In this document: in pieces, positions 16,930 through 27,323 of the stretch
Layout: every line of letters begins with the position of its first letter
Numbering within the stretch: the stretch's first letter is position 1
Source: Thiohalobacter sp.
GTDB taxonomy: Bacteria > Pseudomonadota > Gammaproteobacteria > Thiohalobacterales > Thiohalobacteraceae
Direction: 5' to 3'
Length of the DNA: 27,323 bases
Assembly: GCA_027030825.1 (NCBI GenBank)
Contig: JALVEM010000263.1
Coordinates: 1-27,323 of the forward strand
The notes under the pieces: model-generated
The model's database searches: none
What the model was told of the DNA's origin: nothing
Seen by the model: only the letters and a program-made list of their open reading frames with translations
Made by a program: the position numbers and the translations under genes

Positions 16930-17022
16930 TCGTTACCCGTAAGTTTCCAGCCCCACATCCAAATCATGGAGATGCCCATACCGATCCTGGATTTCCGATC
17001 GGGCCGGAGCATCGACCGGTCA

Positions 17023-17039
17023 TGTCACTTTTTTTTACA
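17023..17039. promoter_or_regulatory. Enhancer-like box 2, TGTCAC-TTTTT-TTTACA (probable PrsR site / PEP-CTERM box)
   Basis: TGTCA-N7-TTACA lies 75 bp upstream of a good sigma54 promoter for a PEP-CTERM gene. Proteobacterial PEP-CTERM genes are known to carry an upstream sigma54-associated motif. Confidence 0.65.
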
Positions 17040-17113
17040 ATCACAGCAAACCGACCACTGCCCCCTTCCGAAACACAAAACATTTCTCTTTTCTTTCATA
17101 TGGTTGTAACACA

Positions 17114-17129
17114 TGGCATCATCCCTGCA
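17114..17129 (+). promoter_or_regulatory. sigma54 (-24/-12) promoter P2 of the PEP-CTERM gene, TGGCATCATCCCTGCA
   Basis: GG-N10-GC with TGGCA and TGCA elements; predicted +1 near 17140, about 73 nt before the ATG. Confidence 0.75.
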
Positions 17130-17212
17130 TATTATCAGGCACAGAATCCGGCATTTCATTGGCTGAAATCGATAACCAGAAGGCCCGGACCCGGGCCGAG
17201 GAGTGGATGAAG

Positions 17213-17983
17213 ATGAAAATTTCCAGAACGACCCTGGCAATCGCACTGTCCGGCACACTGGCGCTCGCCAGCAGTGCCATCCAGGCGACCCCCATCAGCG
17301 GGGGATCCCTCCAGAGCCTGCTGGACGGCATCACGCTGGGGGGTACCTCCTCCATCGATGTGAACGCCGACCAGTACGGTCCCGACGCGGTCTGGACCCA
17401 GACCGCATCCGGCATCTCGACGGCACGCATCCTCTTCGAGATCGCCGGCTACAAGGATGTCAACAGCTTCGGCATCTATGACGCCCGGGATCCATCCCGC
17501 CGGCTCGAGATCTTCTCCGGGCCCAACGGGCCGGGTTCAGTCTCCCTGGTTCTGGATCTCGGCAGCAACGACAAGGGGGCCATCACCTTCTCCAGCACGA
17601 TCCTGCCCATCGGCACGGATACCGCCTCCTTCACCACGGACATGTTCGGGTTCTATCTGGAGACGCCCAACAACATCTGGTATTCGGAAGATCATCGCAA
17701 TGCCGATGGCAAGGATCACATGGTGACCTTCGCCGGCAACAATTCCGACCAGATCAGCGTCCCCGGATTCTTCGGCCTGCCCACGGGCTACAATCCCTGG
17801 ACCGACAAGGAGTTCATCCTGGCCTGGGAAGATCTGCCGGCCTCGAGCTCCGATGACGACTATGACGACTTCGTGGTGCTGGTGAGCAATGTCATGAGCG
17901 TGCCTGAACCGGGTACCCTGGCAATCGCCGGCGCCGGTCTGCTTGCATTCGGGTTCGGCATGCGCCTGCGGCGGCGCAGCTGA
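17213..17983 (+). CDS. PEP-CTERM sorting-domain protein with a DUF4114-like acidic C-terminal domain
   Basis: GAGGAG RBS at 17198-17203; signal peptide MKISRTTLAIALSGTLALASSAIQA; WEDLP...DDDYDDFVV; VPEP at 17900-17911 + TM helix + RLRRRS. Confidence 0.93.
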   Translation: MKISRTTLAIALSGTLALASSAIQATPISGGSLQSLLDGITLGGTSSIDVNADQYGPDAVWTQTASGISTARILFEIAGYKDVNSFGIYDARDPSRRLEIFSGPNGPGSVSLVLDLGSNDKGAITFSSTILPIGTDTASFTTDMFGFYLETPNNIWYSEDHRNADGKDHMVTFAGNNSDQISVPGFFGLPTGYNPWTDKEFILAWEDLPASSSDDDYDDFVVLVSNVMSVPEPGTLAIAGAGLLAFGFGMRLRRRS

Positions 17984-18004
17984 TACCTGCAGCAACGCGC
18001 ATAC

Positions 18005-18044
18005 GAAACCGCCCGTTCGCCTTGCGAACGGGCGGTTTCTTTCT
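18005..18044. terminator. Rho-independent, probably bidirectional terminator
   Basis: Perfect 16-bp stem GAAACCGCCCGTTCGC / GCGAACGGGCGGTTTC with a CTT loop, followed by TTTCT; sits between the convergent PEP-CTERM gene and prsT. Confidence 0.88.
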
Positions 18045-18085
18045 GCATGTTCCGACAGAAGCAGGTACAGCGCCGGCCCAATGCT

Positions 18086-20842
18086 TCATGGCGCTTCTGC
18101 CAACCCCTGCTTCACGCCACCCTTCCGGGCGCGACTCAGCGCATCCAGCGCCTCGTTGTAATGTCTCAGGATTTCGGGATCCTTGCCGGACGAAAGGCGC
18201 ACCGCCCTCGCCAGTTCCTCCACCGCCTCCTCGAGGCGCCCCCGACGATACAGAATCCAGCCATAGGTGTCGGCCACGTCCGGCGCATCCGGAAGCAACC
18301 GATAGGCACGCCTCGCCAGCTCGAGACTTCCCGGCTGCGAAAGCTCTTCCCGTATCCAGGCAAGGTTGTTGAGCGCCCTCGGGTCATTCGGATGCCGCTT
18401 CAGGATACGCGCATATTCCGACTCGGCCAGCCTCAGCCTGCCCATGGCCAGTGCATCCTCGGCCAGCAGATGGCGCACGGCCACGTCGTCCGGGTGCAAT
18501 TTCAACCAACCCTGAAGAAGCTCCAACCGCGACCTGTCGCCCTGGGCCTTCATGACCTCGTGCAGGGCCAGCAACAGCCGTCTTTCCGGCTTTTTCCGCC
18601 AGGCGTTCTCGAGCACCCGACGCGCCTGCTGCCTTTCTCCCTGCCACTGCAGATAACTCGCCTCGAAAATCCTGGTCTCGACTGCATCAGGGTGGTGACG
18701 CTTGAGCCTGTCCAGCCACCGCCCGGCCGCGCCGGGATCGTTGCGCCGAAAGGCAAGCTGCAACATGCCGCCGAGCGCCTCCGGATGCGAGGGAGCCTTT
18801 TCCAGTATCCTTCCGAAGGCCTTTTCGGCCTCTTCGAGATGCCCGGAAATCATGTACGCCCGACCGAGCTCACTGAGCACATCGGCCTGATCCAGCCCCA
18901 GATGAATCGCTTCCTCCAGCGCAGCGGCCGCATCCTCTCCCTTGCCCGACTCGAGCAGCGCCCGCCCCTTCACGAACAGGGCGCCGGCCCGATCCCGGGC
19001 AAGCACAGCGAGTCTCTGGGCCCGGTCTGCCGCCTCCAGCGCGCAGCGAACATTCCGTACCGCAAGACACAGACGAGCCAGCACCAGCCTGGCCTGATAC
19101 GATCGGGGTGCGATGTCGACCGCCTGATTCGCCAGATCCAGGGCGCGAGCGACATCGCCCTGCTGCATTTCGAGACGGGCCAGGGAGATCACCACCTCCA
19201 CGTTTTCCGGATTCATGGACAGTATGTTCTGATAGATGCGCCTGGCCTCGGAGAATCTGCCCGCCATTTCCTCGAGACGTGCGAGATTGATCCTTGGAGA
19301 GACGTCTTCGGGATTCATCTCCGATGCCCGCGCAAAGGCCCCCCTCGCCTCGTCGAACCGACCCTGCAACGCATGAAGCATGCCTTCCAGATTGTGGTAG
19401 ATGGCAGGATTCCCGCCAGCGTCTCGAAACGCCTCCAGTCTTTTTCGAGCCTGCCCCAGTTTGCCCCCGGCCAGCAGATTCACGATCTCCATGGCCTGCC
19501 CGGCCAGCCGCCCTTCCCTGCTCTGCAGATTGCCCAGGATACGCGCGGCAGCCTCTGCATCCCCGGACAGCAGATAGGCCCGGGAGAGTTCGATCGTGCT
19601 TTTCGCGTCGGACGGTGTGCGGGTCTCGAGCTCGCGTATGTACTGCCTGGCTTCCGCATAAAGCCCCATCCCGAGACTGGCCTTGACCAGCAAGCGGTAG
19701 ACCCACGGATCGTCGACCCCCTTGTTCACCAGAGGATCGAGCACCTCGACAACGCCTTCGGGCTGATCCAGAAGCATGCGAACAGAGGCGATCAGACGTG
19801 TGGCAACCGGATTCCCGGGCTGTTTCCGGAGTACCAGCTCGAGATGCCGATTGGCCTGCTCGAGATTTCCCCTGGCCAGGGCAACCGCGCCGGCGAGGAG
19901 ATTGACGCGAGGATTCCCGGGCAGCTCGCTCAGCAGCGGGCGCAACGATTCTTCCGCTGCCTCGAGCCTGCCCTGTGAGTATTCCATCAGGGCATGGAGA
20001 TAGCGGGTGATGTGCTGTTTCGGGAAGTGCGCCTTCAGCCAGCGGACCTGCTCGCGGGCTTCCTCCTGCCTGCCGGTCTTCAGCAGAACCTGGATGAATC
20101 CGCTGCGTATCATCACCTGGAGGACGTCTCGGTCCCGGTCATGGAACCGTACCGCCTTCCGGTAGGCCTCGATGGCCGCCTCGTCCTCTCCCCTGAGAGC
20201 CAGCAATTCCGCCTTCTCGAACCACACGCGCGCATCGTCCGCCGCCGACTTCTCGAGTTCCCGTATCAGCTTCTCTGCCGCTTCGAGCCGCCCAGTGTTC
20301 CGATAGACACGTGCCAGTCCCAGACGGGGCTCGACGAGCCGGGGCGCTAGCCTGGCCGCCTCGCGATATTCCGAGAGCGCCCTGTCGAGATCGGACATGG
20401 CGAGCGCCGCATGTCCACGCAGGGTCAGAATCCTGCTCCTGGCCACCGGATCCCTGCCCCAGGCATCCGGCGACAGCGCCTCGAGGACTCTGGTATAGCG
20501 CCCCTGGGCGATCCACGCCTTGCCGAGCAGCAGTCTCGTCTCGACATCGTCGAGACCGAGGGAAATCGCCTTCCGAATCTCCTCTTCGGCGAGATTGGCA
20601 TTGCCGAGCGCCAGCTCGGCTCGTGCGAGCGACAGATGCGCGGCTGCATCCCGGGGACTTTGCGCGAGCAGATGCTTGACCTCGATCCTGACCAGACGCC
20701 AGTCACCGGCGGATTCGGCCTGCCTGATCCTGTCCCACCGCTCCTGCGGCGAGAGCGACTCCCGGCAACCGGAGACGAGCAGAACCAGTCCCAGCAGCGA
20801 GACGAACAGCCATTCCGCACTTCTCCCGGAAAGACTCACCAC
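18086..20842 (-). CDS. prsT: XrtA/PEP-CTERM system TPR-repeat lipoprotein PrsT (TIGR02917-like)
   Basis: Lipobox VSGC; about 918 aa of tandem TPRs; family-like motifs WRLVRIEVKHLL, ALNNLAWI and ADTYGWILYRRG; GGAG RBS + GTG start. Confidence 0.88.
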   Translation of the reverse strand: MVSLSGRSAEWLFVSLLGLVLLVSGCRESLSPQERWDRIRQAESAGDWRLVRIEVKHLLAQSPRDAAAHLSLARAELALGNANLAEEEIRKAISLGLDDVETRLLLGKAWIAQGRYTRVLEALSPDAWGRDPVARSRILTLRGHAALAMSDLDRALSEYREAARLAPRLVEPRLGLARVYRNTGRLEAAEKLIRELEKSAADDARVWFEKAELLALRGEDEAAIEAYRKAVRFHDRDRDVLQVMIRSGFIQVLLKTGRQEEAREQVRWLKAHFPKQHITRYLHALMEYSQGRLEAAEESLRPLLSELPGNPRVNLLAGAVALARGNLEQANRHLELVLRKQPGNPVATRLIASVRMLLDQPEGVVEVLDPLVNKGVDDPWVYRLLVKASLGMGLYAEARQYIRELETRTPSDAKSTIELSRAYLLSGDAEAAARILGNLQSREGRLAGQAMEIVNLLAGGKLGQARKRLEAFRDAGGNPAIYHNLEGMLHALQGRFDEARGAFARASEMNPEDVSPRINLARLEEMAGRFSEARRIYQNILSMNPENVEVVISLARLEMQQGDVARALDLANQAVDIAPRSYQARLVLARLCLAVRNVRCALEAADRAQRLAVLARDRAGALFVKGRALLESGKGEDAAAALEEAIHLGLDQADVLSELGRAYMISGHLEEAEKAFGRILEKAPSHPEALGGMLQLAFRRNDPGAAGRWLDRLKRHHPDAVETRIFEASYLQWQGERQQARRVLENAWRKKPERRLLLALHEVMKAQGDRSRLELLQGWLKLHPDDVAVRHLLAEDALAMGRLRLAESEYARILKRHPNDPRALNNLAWIREELSQPGSLELARRAYRLLPDAPDVADTYGWILYRRGRLEEAVEELARAVRLSSGKDPEILRHYNEALDALSRARKGGVKQGLAEAP

Positions 20843-20972
20843 TTCGCTCCAGTCGTCAGCGGAATCATCGATTCACCCGGGCAGAACGGTCAGCCTGGAG
20901 AGGCGTCCGGAGGAACGGGTATCGGGCACGAGACCGACGAACGATCCGCGAACATGCCGGGGCCGCCGATCG

Positions 20973-22001
20973 TCATGACGGTGCGCTCTTTTCGCACCCG
21001 AGATGATTCCTGAGCGCCACTACCGTATCCTCGCCAGGCTTGCACTCGATTTCGTCATCGCCCGTGATGATGCGATCGACCGTATATTCGCGCACGGAAC
21101 CCGCATGCGTGAATATGATGAGCTCGCCGATGAGGCCCAGGGCAAAGGACTGCACGCCCAGAACGAGGAACAGGGCACCGAGCAGCAGGGCCGGACGGTC
21201 CGCCAGCGGTACGCCGCCGAAGAGGCGCTCGCCGGCCAGATACACCAGAATCAGCAGGCCAAGCGCCATCATGCCCGACCCGATCAGGCCGAAGAAACGC
21301 AGCGGCTTGCGGGTGAACCGCGACAGAAAGAAGACCGTCAACAGATCGAGCAGGCGACGCAGATACACGCCGGGCGCATAGACGCGCAGGCGCTGCTCCC
21401 TGCGCGATTGGGGGAGATCCACCTGAACGACACGAAAACCGCGTTGTCTGGCCAGCAGCGGCAGGAAACGGTGCTGCTCGCCGTAGAGACTGATCTCCTT
21501 CATGATCGACTTGCGGAAGGCTCGCGCACCACATCCCAGATCGTCCAGGCGCTCCCCGGTGGTCCAGCGAACGAGCATCCGGAACAGCCGGGTCTGGATA
21601 CGGTTCCAGAGCGAGTCGTGTCGGGGCCAGCGCCGGCAGATCACCATGTCGGCCGAATCCAGGGCTTCCAGCAGGCGCGGCAGCCCTGCCGGATCGACCT
21701 GGTGATAGGCCGGCAGGGTCAGTATGCACTCATGACGCGCGATGCCCAGGCCCGCATCGAGCGCCGCGGCCTCGCCGAACCAGCGAGAAAGCTCCACGAT
21801 TCGCACCGGTTCCCCCTGTTCGATGAGCCTGCCCAGCCTGTCGGAGACTTCGGGGCGGGGGCCATCGAGCACATAGACGAATTCGATCTCGCCATCGAGT
21901 CCGGCCAGCGCCTGCCGATACGCCTGGTGCAATCCGACGATGTCCGGTTCGACCCTCTCGCCGATGACGATGATGACCGAACAGCCTGTTGAATCCTTCA
22001 T
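20973..22001 (-). CDS. GT2 polyprenyl-phosphate glycosyltransferase-like protein (GtrB/ArnC type) with a degenerate DxD
   Basis: The real start is ATG 22001 (MKDSTGCSVII...), with ATGA overlap and a GGAGAG RBS. VLDG, SRWFGEAAAL, DLGCGARAF and LYGEQHRFLP motifs plus two C-terminal TMs; LPAYHQ stands where DxD is expected. Confidence 0.85.
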   Translation of the reverse strand: MKDSTGCSVIIVIGERVEPDIVGLHQAYRQALAGLDGEIEFVYVLDGPRPEVSDRLGRLIEQGEPVRIVELSRWFGEAAALDAGLGIARHECILTLPAYHQVDPAGLPRLLEALDSADMVICRRWPRHDSLWNRIQTRLFRMLVRWTTGERLDDLGCGARAFRKSIMKEISLYGEQHRFLPLLARQRGFRVVQVDLPQSRREQRLRVYAPGVYLRRLLDLLTVFFLSRFTRKPLRFFGLIGSGMMALGLLILVYLAGERLFGGVPLADRPALLLGALFLVLGVQSFALGLIGELIIFTHAGSVREYTVDRIITGDDEIECKPGEDTVVALRNHLGCEKSAPS

Positions 22002-22948
22002 GCCTTGCTCTCCATACCGGTTTGCGGCGCCACCACCCGGAGTTTCCGTTCCATGTAGCGCGAGGGTCGGACATCGCCGCTTTGATACACCATTTCCGCC
22101 ACGGTGCCGGCGAAGATGAAGAAGAACCCCGAAGACATGCAGAGAAAGGACACCCCCATCCATATCGGGTCGGCCTCGCTGCCCGGCAGCAGGCTCGTGG
22201 CGAGCGCGGCCAACCCTGCCACGAACAGTGGCAGCGAAAGCAGACCGAACCACTGCAGCGGCCGTGACATGAAGGAAATCAGGGTCTTGACCATCAACAG
22301 ATCGAGCGCCACCTTGTAGATTCGCGAGAGTCCGTACTTGGACTGGCCGAAACGGCGCGGATGGTGGCGCACCTTGATCTCGGCCACCCGCGAACCGACC
22401 AGCGACAGCATCGCCGGGATGAAACGGTGCATCTCCGAATAGAGCGGAATGGACTTGATGACCTCCGAACGGTAGGCCTTGAGGGAACAGCCATTGTCCC
22501 GAATGGGGACCCCGGTGACCTTGCCGATCAACCAGTTGGCGACCCGTGAAGGAATCTTGCGCGTGATCAGCTTGTCCTGACGCTTGTGCCGCCATCCCAC
22601 CACAATGTCGTAACCCTCTTCGATCTTGTCGAGAAAATTCGGGATATCGGCAGGATCGTTCTGCAGATCACCGTCCATGGTGACCAGGATCCGGCCCGAG
22701 GCATGATCGATGCCCGCCATCATGGCGGGCGTCTGGCCATAATTGCGCCGGAAACGGATCACGCGCACATGGGGATCCTGGCGGGCGATCGCGCGGGCCC
22801 GTTCGAACGTGCTGTCCCGGCTGCCGTCATCGACGAAGAGGATTTCGTAGTCGAGCCCCAGAGGCGAGACGGCCTCGGTGATCGCCCGGTGCAATGGCCC
22901 GATGCTTTCTTCCTCGTTGTAGAGGGGAACGATGATCGACAAATCCAC
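21998..22948 (-). CDS. GT2 polyprenyl-phosphate glycosyltransferase (GtrB/ArnC/DPM synthase-like)
   Basis: SIIVPLYNEEE, VDDGSRD, FRRNYGQTPA, MDGDLQNDP, DNGCSLKAY and EMHRFIP motifs; two C-terminal TMs; GGAGG RBS + GTG start. Confidence 0.93.
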   Translation of the reverse strand: MDLSIIVPLYNEEESIGPLHRAITEAVSPLGLDYEILFVDDGSRDSTFERARAIARQDPHVRVIRFRRNYGQTPAMMAGIDHASGRILVTMDGDLQNDPADIPNFLDKIEEGYDIVVGWRHKRQDKLITRKIPSRVANWLIGKVTGVPIRDNGCSLKAYRSEVIKSIPLYSEMHRFIPAMLSLVGSRVAEIKVRHHPRRFGQSKYGLSRIYKVALDLLMVKTLISFMSRPLQWFGLLSLPLFVAGLAALATSLLPGSEADPIWMGVSFLCMSSGFFFIFAGTVAEMVYQSGDVRPSRYMERKLRVVAPQTGMESKA

Positions 22949-23229
22949 GTCTGCCTCCCTGGACCCCGGCCTGCCCCGGAGCCGTCACTCCGTGTATCGG
23001 AAGGGATCCGCGAATCTTGATCCGTGCCGGACCAGGCCGCCGAAGCAGCACCCACACCGCACGGACCCGGGTTTTTCTATTTGTATATCATATGGTTATG
23101 TTTTTGTCCGGAAAATGTGAACCCTGTCCTCAAGACCTCGCGCCAAACCCGCGATACTATCCACGACGCGCGAACGGGCCAATCCCGGCCAGATGACCCC
23201 CATTATCTCGATTGGTGAAAGGCATGGCA

Positions 23230-26982
<3,753 letters not shown>

Positions 26983-27001
26983 AGCCGTCGGGCGATTCAC
27001 G

Positions 27002-27023
27002 GGAGGGGCCGCAGGGCCCCTTC
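27002..27023 (+). terminator. Possible terminator hairpin after the GlyGly-CTERM gene
   Basis: GGAGGGGCC-GCAG-GGCCCCTTC stem (one G-U pair) with a weak U-tract. Confidence 0.4.
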
Positions 27024-27111
27024 TGCATGAGAGTGATGCGCTTTTCTGGTATCTTCCCACCGAAGCGGAGATAACGACACGAATCGGTTCCAGGGAGACC
27101 CGGGAAAGGAC

Positions 27112-27323
27112 ATGCAAAGACCGCTGGCCGCTCTGGCCGATGAAAGCTTCGACCTCATCATCGTCGGTGGCGGCATCTTTGGCGCCTGTGCTGCGTGGGA
27201 CGCCACGCTCCGCGGCATGAAGGTGGCCCTGCTCGAACGCCTCGACTTCGGTGCCGGCGCCTCGGCCAATTCCTTCAAGATGATCCATGGCGGCATCCGC
27301 TATCTTCAGCACCTGGACCTGCC
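27112..27323 (+). CDS. FAD-dependent oxidoreductase, glycerol-3-phosphate dehydrogenase/oxidase (GlpD-like) family, 3'-truncated
   Basis: Not in the ORF track. Reads MQRPLAALADESFDLIIVGGGIFGACAAWDATLRGMKVALLERLDFGAGASANSFKMIHGGIRYLQHLDL, with a GxGxxG Rossmann motif and the GlpD-type S..S.KMIHGG.RYL; AAAGGA RBS. Confidence 0.88.
   Translation, partial: MQRPLAALADESFDLIIVGGGIFGACAAWDATLRGMKVALLERLDFGAGASANSFKMIHGGIRYLQHLDL

Noticed and set aside
16720-17258. Short ORFs in the divergent intergenic region (16720-17109 +, 16926-17210 +, 17025-17258 -)
   Set aside because: No RBS, atypical composition, and they run through the regulatory motifs.
22002-22595. 198-codon N-terminal extension of the 540-aa ORF, overlapping the first GT2 in the -1 frame; considered as a programmed frameshift fusion
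   Set aside because: The extension is not protein-like, I see no X XXY YYZ slippery site, and ATG 22001 has its own RBS and ATGA coupling.
23040-23150. sigma54-like strings upstream of the GT2 pair (TGGCGCGAGGTCTTGA; CGGTGTGGGTGCTGCT on the minus strand)
   Set aside because: The first has wrong spacing and no GC at -12; the second has a poor -24 element; no TGTCA-N7-TTACA box is nearby.

Overview
GC-rich, probably proteobacterial window (inference) with no mobile elements, RNA genes or CRISPR. Most of it is an exosortase A (PEP-CTERM)-linked exopolysaccharide/surface-glycosylation locus. A long minus-strand run (16631->1259) encodes, in order: Wza-type exporter, chain-length determinant, tyrosine-autokinase-like protein, exosortase A without EpsI, sulfotransferase, two GT4s, Wzx flippase, outer-membrane beta-barrel, ATP-grasp ligase, (alpha/alpha)-toroid protein, O-glycosylation ligase, phosphatidylserine-decarboxylase-like protein and a 58-aa two-TM ORF missing from the ORF track. 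It converges on a 5'-truncated asparagine-synthetase-like gene. A divergent PEP-CTERM gene has a recognisable sigma54 promoter and enhancer-like box, and this module appears twice in the intergenic region. A second minus-strand unit holds two GT2s (one with no DxD motif) and prsT. A 1250-aa secreted multidomain protein ends in a GlyGly-CTERM signal, and a GlpD-like FAD oxidoreductase runs off the end. The most novel-looking element is the terminal tailoring cassette (ATP-grasp / toroid / ligase / Psd / small membrane protein), which may supply an ethanolamine lipid anchor or an amide decoration. Family names and TIGRFAM numbers come from recalled motifs; no search was run.
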